Assembly (NCBI GenBank): GCA_902799765.1
Contig: CADCBZ010000002.1
Location: 39,967 to 103,966, forward strand
Source: an uncultured Prevotellaceae bacterium
GTDB taxonomy: Bacteria > Bacteroidota > Bacteroidia > Bacteroidales > Bacteroidaceae
Direction: 5' to 3'
Length of the DNA stretch: 64,000 nucleotides
Each line of letters opens with the position of its first letter. Positions within the stretch are counted from its first letter, which is position 1. Below are positions 19,408 through 30,093 of this stretch, piece by piece. Position numbers and translations under genes: made by a program. Under the pieces are notes generated by a model. The model saw nothing but the letters and a program-made list of their open reading frames with translations, was not told the origin of the DNA and ran no database searches.

Positions 19408-19968
19408 ATGATAGATGTAAAAGAAACTTTGAAGAAAAGCGAAGAGCGCATGGAGATGGCTGCGATGTTCCTCGAGGAGGAGTTGAATCGTGTTCGAGCT
19501 GGTCGCGCCAATGTCGCCATCCTCGATGGTGTCCGTGTAGAACTCTACGGCAGTAAAGTGCCATTGAACCAGGTGGCAAACGTCAGTGTGCCTGATCCTC
19601 GTACTATCGCCATCAAGCCGTGGGATCGTAAGGAGATCCGTAACATCGAGAAGGCCATCATGGATTCTGATGTAGGCATCACCCCGGAGAATAACGGTGA
19701 GATCATCCGTCTAAACATTCCAGTGCCTACAGAGGAGCGTCGTAAGGATCTTGTAAAACAGTGTAACAAGATCTGTGAGAAGGCCAAGGTTGAGGTGCGT
19801 AATGTGCGTGCCGACATCAAGGACAAGCTGAAGAAAGCCATTAAGGACGGTCTCTCAGAGGATAATGAGAAGGATGCTGAGCTGGAGTTGCAGAAACTCC
19901 ATGATAAGTTCATCAAGAAACTCGACGACTTGATGGCAGCCAAGCATAAGGAAATCATGACTGTATAA
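19408..19968 (+). CDS. frr: Ribosome recycling factor
   Basis: 186 aa from the internal Met ([18 protein letters not shown]...). This is the typical Frr length and sequence. The upstream extension in the ORF track begins at TTG and runs through the promoter. Confidence 0.95.
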   Translation: MIDVKETLKKSEERMEMAAMFLEEELNRVRAGRANVAILDGVRVELYGSKVPLNQVANVSVPDPRTIAIKPWDRKEIRNIEKAIMDSDVGITPENNGEIIRLNIPVPTEERRKDLVKQCNKICEKAKVEVRNVRADIKDKLKKAIKDGLSEDNEKDAELELQKLHDKFIKKLDDLMAAKHKEIMTV

Positions 19969-19972
19969 CCCC

Positions 19973-20887
19973 TTGAAAGGTTTAGTCGTCAAAAACACAG
20001 GCAGCTGGTACACCGTCCGCACGGACGATGGCCAGCTGATTGATTGTAAAATTAAAGGTAACTTTCGCCTCAAAGGCATCCGCTCCACCAACCCTGTAGC
20101 GGTAGGAGACCGTGTGACGGTGGCAGATGCTTTCATCACCGATATCGAAGATCGTCGCAATTATATTATCAGGAAGTCACAAAACCTCTCCAAACAAAGC
20201 CATATCCTTGCCGCGAACGTCGATCAGGCCTTCTTGGTGGTCACCGTCAACTACCCCCAGACTTCCACCACCTTCATCGACCGTTTCCTGGCATCGGCTG
20301 AGGCCTATCGCGTCCCGGTGGTGCTGATCTTCAACAAGACCGACCTTCTCGATGCCGATGAACTTCGCTATCAACAGTTGATGGTCCGGCTCTACGAGAC
20401 GATTGGTTATACCTGTAAACAGATCTCCGCTACCAAAGGTGAAGGTGTTGAAGACTTACGTCCCCTGCTTGAAGGGAAGATCACTCTCCTCAGTGGCAAC
20501 AGCGGAGTGGGTAAATCCACGCTCATCAACTGTCTGGTTCCCCATGTCAACCTGCGCACCGCAGAGATCTCCGATGCCCATAACCTCGGTCAGCACACCA
20601 CCACCTTTTCTGAAATGATACCTCTGGGTGGGGGGTGGGTTATCGATACGCCAGGTATTAAAGGTTTTGGCACCTTCGACATGGAACCCGAGGAACTTAC
20701 CAGTTACTTCCGCGAGATCTTCCATTTCTCGAAAGACTGCCGTTTCTCTAATTGCACCCACACCCATGAACCCGGTTGCGCGGTTCTCAAGGCGCTCGAA
20801 GAGCATTACATCGCTCCAAGTCGCTATCAGTCTTATCTCTCCATGATGGAGGATAAAGATGAAGGAAAATATAGAGAAGGATATTAA
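19973..20887 (+). CDS. rsgA: Ribosome small subunit-dependent GTPase A
   Basis: 304 aa with an OB-fold N-terminus, a circularly permuted GTPase (NKTDL ... GNSGVGKST) and a C-terminal zinc knuckle ([14 protein letters not shown]). Confidence 0.93.
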   Translation: MKGLVVKNTGSWYTVRTDDGQLIDCKIKGNFRLKGIRSTNPVAVGDRVTVADAFITDIEDRRNYIIRKSQNLSKQSHILAANVDQAFLVVTVNYPQTSTTFIDRFLASAEAYRVPVVLIFNKTDLLDADELRYQQLMVRLYETIGYTCKQISATKGEGVEDLRPLLEGKITLLSGNSGVGKSTLINCLVPHVNLRTAEISDAHNLGQHTTTFSEMIPLGGGWVIDTPGIKGFGTFDMEPEELTSYFREIFHFSKDCRFSNCTHTHEPGCAVLKALEEHYIAPSRYQSYLSMMEDKDEGKYREGY

Positions 20888-20905
20888 AGGTAAAAAAGTA
20901 AAACA

Positions 20906-22027
20906 ATGTATAGGTTTGCGATAACAATCGTTTTGCTCCTTGGTACGTTGCAGGTCTCTGCCCAAGAGTCCGAGCCCAAGAAACAGTCCTTTATCCTGAA
21001 AGGTCTGTATTGGGTAAAGACCCTTATCGACTCTTCGGCAGTGCGAGGCGTGGACCGTACCTATATTGAACAACCCAAGCGCTCTTGGGCTGTTGAGGTG
21101 CGGACAGATGCCAGCGAGTCCACGCTGAAGATGCATACCGACTACAACTTAGAGAATGATATCAGTACGAAGATGTCCTCGAAGACCAGTAATGGCTTTA
21201 CCACTTCTTTAGGTGCCTGGGTTGGTTATCGTGGTTATGGCCTTGGATGGTCAAAGGAATTGACAGGTGGAGATGGCACTACCTTCTCTATAGGTGCAGC
21301 AGGCGGAAGCTTCGGTATCAATCTGCGTATCCACACTTACCGTAGTAACACACCGGAGTTTATTTATAATTTCAACGACCATGGCGAGCAATATAGTGAA
21401 CGTTTTCGTGAGGAGCTCGACGATCCCATCAAGGTGCGTTCCCTTTTCATCGATGGCTACTATCTCTTTAATCGTAAGCATTTCTCTTACGCAGCAGCCT
21501 ACGACCAGTCCCTGATTCAGCGTCGTTCGGCAGGTTCGTTGATGGCAGGTGCGATGTACCATCATTGTAGTGCCGATTACAGTGCCGACTCCAACTGGGG
21601 TTGGGTCTATGAGATGCAGGGGGTGGGGAAGATCAAGTTCACCCAGGCCAGCATCGGTGTGGGCTATGCCTACAATTGGGTACCTGCCCGGGGGTGGCTG
21701 ATCAATGTGATGGCCATGCCTACGCTCGCCTTATATAACCGTACCACCCTCTATGATTATACCATTTATTGTTACTCAGATAAGGAGACCGATGAGGAGG
21801 CTTTGGAAGACCCGGATGCGATTTTTGAAGTGGAGGACGAGACCGAGATCACCACACCCAATAAGGTGACGTGGAACTTTGACGCGCGAGTGGCCCTGGT
21901 CTATAACTGGCAACGCACTTATCTGCGTGTCTTTGGCCATTTCAACCGCTTTACCTATGGTAGTGACATCACTTGGGGACGACTTTATGACTGGAAAGTA
22001 TATGCAGCATTCGGATTTAGATTTTAA
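20906..22027 (+). CDS. Hypothetical outer-membrane beta-barrel-like protein (possibly DUF4421-type)
   Basis: 373 aa with a signal peptide (LLLGTLQVSAQ). It is rich in aromatic/Gly beta-strand patterns and ends in FGFRF. The family assignment is from memory only. Confidence 0.6.
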   Translation: MYRFAITIVLLLGTLQVSAQESEPKKQSFILKGLYWVKTLIDSSAVRGVDRTYIEQPKRSWAVEVRTDASESTLKMHTDYNLENDISTKMSSKTSNGFTTSLGAWVGYRGYGLGWSKELTGGDGTTFSIGAAGGSFGINLRIHTYRSNTPEFIYNFNDHGEQYSERFREELDDPIKVRSLFIDGYYLFNRKHFSYAAAYDQSLIQRRSAGSLMAGAMYHHCSADYSADSNWGWVYEMQGVGKIKFTQASIGVGYAYNWVPARGWLINVMAMPTLALYNRTTLYDYTIYCYSDKETDEEALEDPDAIFEVEDETEITTPNKVTWNFDARVALVYNWQRTYLRVFGHFNRFTYGSDITWGRLYDWKVYAAFGFRF

Positions 22028-23081
22028 ACGCATCGCCGTCCTGCTCTCAGGAGGCGTTGACAGCAGTGTCGTGGTCTATGAGTTCGCCAAACTCGGACTC
22101 CATCCCGATTGTTTCTATATCAAGATAGGTCCTGAGGAAGAGGAGGAATGGGACTGCTCTTCTGAGGAGGATCTGGAGATGGCGACGGCTGTCTCCCATA
22201 AGTATGGCTGCAACCTCGAAGTGATTGACTGTCATCGTGAATATTGGGATCAGGTCACCCGTTATACGATGGAGAAAGTACGGGCCGGTTTTACGCCCAA
22301 TCCTGATGTGATGTGCAACCGATTGATTAAATTCGGCGCCTTTGATGAGAAACGAGGCCATGACTACGACCTCATTGCCACTGGCCACTATGCCCAGACG
22401 GAACTTGATGAGGCGGGTAGGAAGTGGCTTGTCACCAGTCCGGACCCTGTGAAGGATCAGACCGACTTCCTTGCGCAGATCTACGACTGGCAGTTGCGTA
22501 AGGCCATCTTCCCCATCGGCCATTACGTGAAGGACGAGGTGCGACAGATTGCAGAACGTGAACATCTGGTCAATGCCAAGCGCAAAGATTCCCAGGGCAT
22601 CTGTTTTTTGGGTAAGATCAACTATAACGATTATATCCGTCGTTACCTTGGTGAAAACCCTGGTGAGGTCATTGAGTTTGAGACGGGGCGTCGCATCGGT
22701 GAACACCGTGGGCTCTGGTTCCATACCATCGGTCAGCGCAAGGGTATGGGCTTTTCCGGTGGCCCCTGGTTCGTCGTTAAAAAGGATGTTCCTAACAACA
22801 TTCTCTATGTTTCCCACGGTTATAACCCAGCCACAGCCTACAAAAGTGACTTCCCAGTGCATGACATCCACTGGTTGACGATGCCAGTACAAACGACTGA
22901 TATTACCTTTAAAATCCGCCATACTCCTGAGTACTTACCTGGTACATTGGAGCAAACCTCGGATGATGCTTTCATCATCCATGCCCAGGACCCCATCCAC
23001 GGTGTTGCCCCAGGCCAGTTCTGTGTCATCTACGACCAGAACCATCACCGTTGCCTCGGCTCCGCCGAAATCACAATTTAA
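22002..23081 (+). CDS. mnmA: tRNA 2-thiouridine(34) synthase MnmA
   Basis: 359 aa from the internal Met (MQHSDLDFKRIAVLLSGGVDSSV; PP-loop SGGVDS). It overlaps the previous gene by 26 nt. Confidence 0.9.
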   Translation: MQHSDLDFKRIAVLLSGGVDSSVVVYEFAKLGLHPDCFYIKIGPEEEEEWDCSSEEDLEMATAVSHKYGCNLEVIDCHREYWDQVTRYTMEKVRAGFTPNPDVMCNRLIKFGAFDEKRGHDYDLIATGHYAQTELDEAGRKWLVTSPDPVKDQTDFLAQIYDWQLRKAIFPIGHYVKDEVRQIAEREHLVNAKRKDSQGICFLGKINYNDYIRRYLGENPGEVIEFETGRRIGEHRGLWFHTIGQRKGMGFSGGPWFVVKKDVPNNILYVSHGYNPATAYKSDFPVHDIHWLTMPVQTTDITFKIRHTPEYLPGTLEQTSDDAFIIHAQDPIHGVAPGQFCVIYDQNHHRCLGSAEITI

Positions 23082-23134
23082 TAGTAAAATTATGAATTAT
23101 TAAAGAATAATTTTGCAAATTCAAAAAATATCTG

Positions 23135-23142
23135 TACCTTTG
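23135..23142 (+). promoter_or_regulatory. -7 promoter box TACCTTTG ahead of the polysaccharide locus
   Basis: TACCTTTG lies about 57 nt upstream of the ATG at 23199. Confidence 0.45.
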
Positions 23143-23198
23143 CAACCATCTTTGTGCACTAAGATAATCAAGGTATATAGAAAAATAGCTATTTGATA

Positions 23199-25640
23199 AT
23201 GAAAAAATATCTTTTTACGATGTTTTTGTCGTGCTTAACCCTCATGGTTCAAGCACAAATGAGCGATACGCAGGTAATGCAGCAGATCCAGCGTGAGATG
23301 AAGTCGGGTGCGTCTCAGTCTCAGATTGCGACACGTCTGATGCAGAAAGGTGTCACGATGCAGCAACTCCAGCGCGTGCGTTCACAGTATGAAGCTCTGT
23401 ATGGTGGCAGGTCTTCCCGCTCCTCAGGAAATATTTCCGATGTGCTGGTAGAGGATAGCCGCCTTCGTGATAACAATGGTGCAGTCTTGGTGGACTCGGT
23501 TGGTAATGCCCTTCATACCCAGCAAGTAAGAGCTACTTCTGCAGCAGATTTAGATCGCGAAATGGTGATGAGAACAGGATCGAATGGATATTTGTATAAT
23601 GGTAAAGTCGTTTTTGGTCGAGATATTTTCAATAAAAATGCCCTTTCTTTCGAGCCGAACATGAATATCGCCACCCCGACGAATTATGTCGTAGGCCCTG
23701 GTGATAAGGTGTTTATTGATGTTTATGGTGCTTCTCAGAAGTCGGAACAGTTGCAGGTCTCTCCTGACGGCACGATTCAGGTTACAGGTTATGGTCCCAT
23801 CCATATTGGTGGCTTGTCAGTGGCTCAGGCCAATGCCCGCATCAAGGAGACGCTTGGTACCCGTTATAAGAGTTCCGAGGTTCGTCTGACGGTTGGTCAG
23901 ACCCGCACGATCAGCGTCAATATCATGGGTGAGGTCGTTGCTCCTGGTACCTATACTCTCTCTGCTTTTGCCACGGTATTTCATGCCCTCTATATGGCAG
24001 GTGGTGTCAATGGCATCGGTACACTCCGTAACATCAAGGTCTTCCGTGGTGGTCGCCAGGTCACTTCGGTCGATTTATATGATTATATCCTCAATGGCAA
24101 GCTCACGGGCAATGTCCGTTTGGCTGATAATGATGTGATCATGGTCGGTCCCTTCGACTGCATTGTCGATATCTCAGGTTTTGTGAAACGCCCGATGGCC
24201 TACGAGATGAAGAAGAACGAAAGTGTCGCCACCCTGCTCAAATACGCAGGCGGTTTTGCTTCTGGTGCCTATCGTAAGGCGGTTCGTCTGAATCGTGTGG
24301 CAGGCGACCATTATTCTGCCTATAATGTCCCCGAGTTTGAGATGGCAGGCTTCAAAGTTGCTGATGGTGACTCTGTGACGGTTGATTCCATCTTGGCTCG
24401 TTATGAGAATACGGTAACTGTCGAAGGTGCTGTCTTCCATCCTGGACATTACGACTTAGGTAGTAATCCTACCGTCCGTGCGTTGGTGGAGAGTGCGGGT
24501 GGCGTCACGGAGATTGCCTTCCAAGGTCGTGCCGTGTTACATCGCATGAAACCCGACCGTACTTGGCGTGTTGTCTCTGTGGATCTCGAAGGTATTCTCA
24601 ATGGCACCGTGGCCGATATTCCTCTGGAGAATGAGGATGTCCTCACGATTGCTGTCCGTCAGGATAAGACGAATGAACGCATCGTGACGATCATGGGCGA
24701 GGTGAAAGTGCCTGGCACCTATGAATATGCCGAGAACGAGACCGTCGAGGACTTGATTGTTCAGGCTGGTGGTCTGACAGATGCAGCATCGACTGCTCGT
24801 GTCGATGTCTCTCGTCGTATCATCGATCCGAAGGCGACGACCTTTAGAAAGGATATTGCCCAGAACTTCTCCTTCACCTTGAAGGATGGTCTCTTGATCG
24901 ATGGTGATCGCAGCTTTACGCTCATGCCTTATGATGAAGTGATCGTGCGCAGCAGCCCTGGATATATGCCCCAGCGTAACATCATGGTGACAGGTGAAGT
25001 GCTCTATCAAGGTGCTTATACACTTAATAAGAAAAACCTGCGTCTTTCGGACGTGATTGCGATGGCAGGTGGTGTCACAGACGAAGCCTATGTCCGTGGT
25101 GCTCGTATTGAGCGCCCGCTCAATGAGGATGAGAAGTTCCGATTGAAACATCTGCTGAAGATGGCACAAGTACAGGGCGGTTCAGGCTTAGACGCCAGCA
25201 AGATGGGGCAAGACACCGTTTATTATGTGGGTATCGAACTCGACAAAGCTTTGGCGAACCCAGGCAGTGATTATGATGTCGTCCTCCGAGAAGGTGACCG
25301 TCTCGTCGTGCCGGAATATTCTGGAACTGTCAAGATCAATGGCAATGTGATGCATCCGAATACCGTGGCCTATATGGAGGGTAAGCCCTATAAATGGTAT
25401 ATCAACAAGGCTGGTGGCTATGGCAATGGTGCGAAGAAGTCTAAGGCCTATATCCTTTACCAGAATGGGCTCGTATCTCAGGCAAAAAATGGAAAAATCG
25501 AACCTGGCTGCGAAATCATAGTGCCAAACAAGACGCGTTCGGCTAATCAGAATATAGCGATGATTGCTTCCCTCGGTACTTCACTGGCAACGATGGTAAC
25601 CATGATTGCAACTGTGACGAATCTGATCAAGTCTTTCTAA
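23199..25640 (+). CDS. Polysaccharide export outer-membrane protein (Wza-like, multiple SLBB-type repeats)
   Basis: 813 aa from the first ATG, with a signal peptide. A repeated motif recurs: G.V..PG.Y......T..D.I..AGG. There is a C-terminal hydrophobic helix. This architecture is typical of Bacteroidales capsule export proteins. Confidence 0.85.
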   Translation: MKKYLFTMFLSCLTLMVQAQMSDTQVMQQIQREMKSGASQSQIATRLMQKGVTMQQLQRVRSQYEALYGGRSSRSSGNISDVLVEDSRLRDNNGAVLVDSVGNALHTQQVRATSAADLDREMVMRTGSNGYLYNGKVVFGRDIFNKNALSFEPNMNIATPTNYVVGPGDKVFIDVYGASQKSEQLQVSPDGTIQVTGYGPIHIGGLSVAQANARIKETLGTRYKSSEVRLTVGQTRTISVNIMGEVVAPGTYTLSAFATVFHALYMAGGVNGIGTLRNIKVFRGGRQVTSVDLYDYILNGKLTGNVRLADNDVIMVGPFDCIVDISGFVKRPMAYEMKKNESVATLLKYAGGFASGAYRKAVRLNRVAGDHYSAYNVPEFEMAGFKVADGDSVTVDSILARYENTVTVEGAVFHPGHYDLGSNPTVRALVESAGGVTEIAFQGRAVLHRMKPDRTWRVVSVDLEGILNGTVADIPLENEDVLTIAVRQDKTNERIVTIMGEVKVPGTYEYAENETVEDLIVQAGGLTDAASTARVDVSRRIIDPKATTFRKDIAQNFSFTLKDGLLIDGDRSFTLMPYDEVIVRSSPGYMPQRNIMVTGEVLYQGAYTLNKKNLRLSDVIAMAGGVTDEAYVRGARIERPLNEDEKFRLKHLLKMAQVQGGSGLDASKMGQDTVYYVGIELDKALANPGSDYDVVLREGDRLVVPEYSGTVKINGNVMHPNTVAYMEGKPYKWYINKAGGYGNGAKKSKAYILYQNGLVSQAKNGKIEPGCEIIVPNKTRSANQNIAMIASLGTSLATMVTMIATVTNLIKSF

Positions 25641-25654
25641 AAATTGATACTATC

Positions 25655-26719
25655 ATGGAAGAAAATAAAAAGGAAACTGTTCGTCGGACTGGTGCACCTA
25701 TTGACTTCGGTGCTACTTGGGCTGCCATCAAGAAATATAAAAAGCTCTATTACAAGACGCTGGGGTTTGCTTTCGTCATAGCGCTTATTATAGGCTTCTC
25801 TATACCAAAGACTTATAATTGTCAGATACTGCTAGCGCCTGAAACTGGTGGGGGAAGTAGTAGTTTAGGTACATTAGCTTCTCTTGCTTCGTCTTTTGGT
25901 GTTAGTCTTGGAAGTAGTTCGCAAGGAGGCGATGCCATCAAACCATCCATTTATCCCGATCTCATGAAAAGTGTGGATTTTAAGACCTCGCTCTTTCCGA
26001 TTAAAGTAAAAAAGAAGGGAGATGAGAAAGCTATCTCATATTATAATTATCTCAAATATGAGTGGCGTGAACCTTGGTGGAAGGATATGTTTGGATTGTT
26101 GTCGCCAGAATTGAAAGAAGATACGTTGGTTAATGCATTCGAATTGACTTCCGAACAATCTCGTATTGCAAGCTTAGCTATTAAAAATATCGAATGTACT
26201 ATTGATAAAAAAACAGGTTTAATAACGATTGATGTAACAGCTCAGGATCCCAATATTGCTGCCCTGTTAGCTGATTCTGTTAAGAACCGGTTACAGGATT
26301 TCTTGACTGCCTATCGTACTAAGAAAGCGCGTCATGACTTGGATTTCGCTTTAAAATTGAACAAACAGGCTAAGAAGGACTATGAGCGTATCCGACAAGT
26401 CTATTATGAATATATGGATGCCAATCAGGATGTCTCGCTATTATCGGCAACACAGAGACAAAACGATTTGGAAAACGAAATGCAGCTGCAGTATAATAAC
26501 TTTACAGCCACAAGCGCCCAAGTGTTGGCAGCCAAGGCTAAAGTTCAAGAAACAACCCCCTCATTTACAACTGTTCAGTCTGCCACAGTGCCCTTAAAAC
26601 CTTCTGGTCCTAGGAGACTGGTCATTTTGGCGGTTTGTCTTTTCTTGGCAGCATTAGGCACCACCATCTATGCTCTTGCTAAAGAGCATCAACTGAAGCC
26701 CCTTCTTGGTCTCTCTTGA
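25655..26719 (+). CDS. Chain-length determinant (Wzz-like) protein without a kinase domain
   Basis: 354 aa with N- and C-terminal TM helices flanking a coiled-coil-rich periplasmic region. It lies directly after the export gene. Confidence 0.78.
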   Translation: MEENKKETVRRTGAPIDFGATWAAIKKYKKLYYKTLGFAFVIALIIGFSIPKTYNCQILLAPETGGGSSSLGTLASLASSFGVSLGSSSQGGDAIKPSIYPDLMKSVDFKTSLFPIKVKKKGDEKAISYYNYLKYEWREPWWKDMFGLLSPELKEDTLVNAFELTSEQSRIASLAIKNIECTIDKKTGLITIDVTAQDPNIAALLADSVKNRLQDFLTAYRTKKARHDLDFALKLNKQAKKDYERIRQVYYEYMDANQDVSLLSATQRQNDLENEMQLQYNNFTATSAQVLAAKAKVQETTPSFTTVQSATVPLKPSGPRRLVILAVCLFLAALGTTIYALAKEHQLKPLLGLS

Positions 26720-26842
26720 TGATCACCGTTCCTTCACCCAATACATCAAAGAACCCATCTTCCACGGCTACGTAGAGGAATGTCTATGGTGATTGTGTAA
26801 AATTATTTAGCAACAGTTATTTGAATTGTAAAGACTTGCAAA

Positions 26843-27949
26843 ATGGTGAAATTCTTGGATTTACAGGCTATCACGGCTATGCATGGTGATGAAATCAAGG
26901 CGGCAGTTAATCGCGTCATAGACTCTGGTTGGTTCCTACAGGGAAATGAGAATCAACAGTTTGAATCGGATTATGCAAAATATATAGGCACTGACCATTG
27001 TGTGGCTGTGGCAAACGGCTTAGATGCCTTGAAATTGATATTACGAGGCTATAAAGAAATGGGCATCATGAAGGATGGTGATGAGATCATAGTTCCTGCA
27101 AATACCTACATTGCAACCATTCTTGCTATAACGGAAAATAATCTTGTTCCTATATTGGTTGAACCTACATTTGATCATCTTGAGATGGATATTGATCTGG
27201 TTGAACAGCATATCACGCCAAGAACTAAAGGTGTTATGATTGTTCACCTTTATGGACGTATTGCCTACAATGACAAGTTAGGTGAAATATGTAAAAAGTA
27301 TGGGCTGAAATTGTTGGAAGACTGTGCTCAAAGTCATGGCTGCGCTTGGAAAGGTATAAAGACCGGTGCATTGGGAGATGCTGCTGCCCATAGTTTTTAT
27401 CCGGCTAAAAATCTTGGGGCTTTGGGTGATGCAGGTGCTGTTACGACCAATGACCAGGAACTGGCATCTGTCATCAGGACATTGGCCAACTATGGTAGCC
27501 CACAGAAATATGTTTTTAAGTATGTTGGTATGAACAGTCGTATGGCTGAGACGGATGCTGCCGCTTTGGATGTAAAGTTAAAATATCTGGATGAGGATAA
27601 TCAGGCGCGTCAGAAACTGGCTGCATACTATTATGAAAACATCAAAAATCCACTGATTACCTTGCCCAAGCGCCTTGCTGATGAGAATAATGTTTATCAT
27701 CAATTTCCCATTTTCTGTGAAAAAAGAGATGAGTTGCAAGTATTTTTGAAAGAGAATGATATCCAGACTTTGATCCATTATCCTATTCCTCCTCATAAGC
27801 AGGACTGTTATAAGACATGGAATAATCGTAGTTATCCAATTACAGAGAAGATACATGCTCAGGAATTATCGATACCAATGAATCAGGTGTTAAAAGTGTC
27901 AGAAGCTAAGCTTATTGTTGATAACCTTAATTCTTTCAGACCTTTATAA
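26843..27949 (+). CDS. DegT/DnrJ/EryC1/StrS-family sugar aminotransferase
   Basis: 368 aa with motifs typical of nucleotide-sugar aminotransferases: SFYPAKNLGALGDAGAVTTND and the NSRMAE block. Confidence 0.88.
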   Translation: MVKFLDLQAITAMHGDEIKAAVNRVIDSGWFLQGNENQQFESDYAKYIGTDHCVAVANGLDALKLILRGYKEMGIMKDGDEIIVPANTYIATILAITENNLVPILVEPTFDHLEMDIDLVEQHITPRTKGVMIVHLYGRIAYNDKLGEICKKYGLKLLEDCAQSHGCAWKGIKTGALGDAAAHSFYPAKNLGALGDAGAVTTNDQELASVIRTLANYGSPQKYVFKYVGMNSRMAETDAAALDVKLKYLDEDNQARQKLAAYYYENIKNPLITLPKRLADENNVYHQFPIFCEKRDELQVFLKENDIQTLIHYPIPPHKQDCYKTWNNRSYPITEKIHAQELSIPMNQVLKVSEAKLIVDNLNSFRPL

Positions 27950-27997
27950 AAAGTGAAAATACTTGCAGTTTTCTTTGGTAGATTCCCAAAATAGTCG

Positions 27998-28005
27998 TAC
28001 CTTTG
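27998..28005 (+). promoter_or_regulatory. Possible internal -7 promoter box TACCTTTG
   Basis: It lies in the 188-nt gap between the aminotransferase and the rfbC-like gene. Confidence 0.3.
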
Positions 28006-28137
28006 CGGCATTAAAAGGGAATCGATTCCAAAAGTAGTACCTTTTTGGAGAAATTTTTAAAATTGTAAGGTGCCTAACACTTTGGCTATGAGATTGTTAT
28101 GCCTATGTGTTAGGAAGGTTGTTGCTTGTCTATATTT

Positions 28138-28692
28138 ATGGAATTAATTAAAACTGCCATTGACGGCTTGTATATTATCGAACCACGAATCTTTAAAGAT
28201 TCGCGAGGCTATTTCTTCGAATCCTTCTCTCAACGAGAATTCGATGAGAAAGTTGGTAAGATCACTTTCGTTCAAGATAACGAAAGCAAATCAAGCTACG
28301 GTGTGATGAGAGGCTTACACTTCCAGCGTCCTCCCTTTACGCAGAGTAAATTGGTTCGCTGTGTCCAAGGTGCTGTCTTGGATGTAGCGGTCGATATCCG
28401 AAAAGGGTCACCGACCTATGGTCAGCACGTAGCTGTGGAACTGACAGAGGAAAACCATCGTCAGATTTTTATCCCTAAAGGTTTTGCCCACGGTTTTGCT
28501 GTGCTGTCAGAAACAGCAGTCTTTCAGTATAAGTGTGATGAGTTCTATCACCCTGAAACTGAGGGAGGTATCAATATCATGGATGATTGTTTGGATATAG
28601 ATTGGAGGGTCCCTATCAATAGAGCTGTCCTCTCAGAAAAAGACACAAAGTATCATTCGTTACGAGATTTTTGTAGCCCATTTGTGTATTAA
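28138..28692 (+). CDS. rfbC: dTDP-4-dehydrorhamnose 3,5-epimerase-like (RmlC cupin)
   Basis: 184 aa from the ATG at 28138. RmlC signatures are present: FKDSRGYFFE, RGLHFQ and GFAHGF. Confidence 0.88.
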   Translation: MELIKTAIDGLYIIEPRIFKDSRGYFFESFSQREFDEKVGKITFVQDNESKSSYGVMRGLHFQRPPFTQSKLVRCVQGAVLDVAVDIRKGSPTYGQHVAVELTEENHRQIFIPKGFAHGFAVLSETAVFQYKCDEFYHPETEGGINIMDDCLDIDWRVPINRAVLSEKDTKYHSLRDFCSPFVY

Positions 28693-28706
28693 TCCTATAC
28701 TAAAGA

Positions 28707-30050
28707 ATGAAAAAAGTTATTACATATGGTACATATGACCTGTTGCATCAAGGTCATATTAATCTTTTACGCAGAGCAAAAGAACTTGGGGAATACCTGA
28801 TAGTAGGTGTTACTAATGATAGTTTTGACCGTGACAGAGGTAAATTGAATGTGCGTAATAATGTACTTGAACGAGTAGAAGCAGTCAAAGCGACAGGTTA
28901 TGCCGACCAGATTATTATTGAGGATTATGTCGGTCAGAAAATTGATGATATACAGAAATACGATGTTGATATTTTTGCTATCGGTAGTGACTGGGAGGGT
29001 AAATTTGACTATTTGAAGGAGTTTTGTGAGGTCGTATATCTTCCCCGTACTGAAGGTATTTCAAGTACGATGTTACGAAATGATACGCAGTTAACGGTTA
29101 AGATTGGTATTTTGGGATGTGGACGAGTTGCGTATCGTTTCCCTATCGAGGCTGATGTGGTCAGTGGTATCAATGTTGTTGCCGCTTATGATATAGAAGT
29201 AGATCATGCTCAAAGTTTCTCCACTCAATTTGAAAATGTGATAGCATATACTGAAATAGATAAATTTTACGATGCTGTAGATGCCATATATATAGCCACT
29301 CCCCATTTAGCTCATTATGAAAATATCAAAGATGCGCTGCTACACAAAAAACATGTCTTATGTGAAACGCCCATGGTGTTGAATGGAGGGCAAGCTAAAG
29401 AATTGTATAAAATCGCAGAACAGATGGGGGTTATATTAATGGAAGCCAATAAAACGGCCCATTGCCCTGCCTTTAATCATTTGATCGTGCTTATAAAATC
29501 TGGATTAATCGGTGATATTGTGGATATAGAGGCTTCTTTATCTCAATTGCTGGATAAGTCTGGACGTGAGTTTGATGTAAAACAGGCTGGAGGAGCTCTT
29601 TTTGAACAAGGTTCTTATCCGTTACTGCCAATATTTAGGCTGATGGGGATTCATTATGAAGATCTTATGCTTTTTTCTCGCATGGAGAATGGTGTTGATA
29701 TCTATACACGCGGTGTTTTTAGATATAATAATGCTTCATGTTCTTTCAAAGTGGGACTTGGTGTTAAAACAGAAGGTAATCTTGTCATATCTGGTACAAA
29801 AGGTTATGCCTACGTGCCAGCCCCATGGTGGAAAACTGATTATTTTGAACTTCGATATGAAGACCAGAATGAAAACAAAAAGTTTTTTTATAAATGGGAT
29901 GGTTTCGGATTACGATATGAAATACAGGAATTTGTTTCATGTATATTGAACCATCGTTTCTCTTCTGCTCGTTTACGCAGACGAGAGAGCATCCAGATGG
30001 CATATGTTATGGAACAGTTTGTGAATCAGCAGAATATCTATATTATTTAG
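28707..30050 (+). CDS. Fusion protein: glycerol-3-phosphate cytidylyltransferase (TagD-like) N-domain plus Gfo/Idh/MocA-family oxidoreductase C-domain
   Basis: 447 aa. Residues 1 to about 125 (MKKVITYGTYDLLHQGHINLLRRAKELG...CEVVYLPRTEGISSTMLR) closely parallel B. subtilis TagD as I recall it, including the HxGH motif. The remainder begins with the Rossmann motif KIGILGCGRVA and looks Gfo/Idh/MocA-like. Confidence 0.85.
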   Translation: MKKVITYGTYDLLHQGHINLLRRAKELGEYLIVGVTNDSFDRDRGKLNVRNNVLERVEAVKATGYADQIIIEDYVGQKIDDIQKYDVDIFAIGSDWEGKFDYLKEFCEVVYLPRTEGISSTMLRNDTQLTVKIGILGCGRVAYRFPIEADVVSGINVVAAYDIEVDHAQSFSTQFENVIAYTEIDKFYDAVDAIYIATPHLAHYENIKDALLHKKHVLCETPMVLNGGQAKELYKIAEQMGVILMEANKTAHCPAFNHLIVLIKSGLIGDIVDIEASLSQLLDKSGREFDVKQAGGALFEQGSYPLLPIFRLMGIHYEDLMLFSRMENGVDIYTRGVFRYNNASCSFKVGLGVKTEGNLVISGTKGYAYVPAPWWKTDYFELRYEDQNENKKFFYKWDGFGLRYEIQEFVSCILNHRFSSARLRRRESIQMAYVMEQFVNQQNIYII

Positions 30051-30093
30051 TAACGAGCATCTTTTGTGTTCGTCCTGAATGTGTTTCATAAAC

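Noticed and set aside
23082-23198. Search for UpxY (NusG-like) and UpxZ regulators at the head of the polysaccharide locus
   Set aside because: No ORF with a KOW/NGN-like sequence exists between mnmA and the export gene, or near 40.4-40.7 kb. Only promoter boxes were found.
28072-28114. Short inverted repeat cctaacac ... gtgttagg just upstream of the rfbC-like gene
   Set aside because: The stem is only 8 bp with a loop of about 27 nt. That is too weak to call a terminator or regulatory hairpin without conservation data.
28138-28692. Whether the RmlC-like gene could instead be a 3,4-ketoisomerase (FdtA/QdtA-type) partner for the adjacent DegT aminotransferase
   Set aside because: The length (184 aa) and the motifs RGLHFQ and GFAHGF fit RmlC epimerases. 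Ketoisomerases are shorter cupins. rmlA, rmlB and rmlD are not in the window, so the pathway cannot be resolved here.
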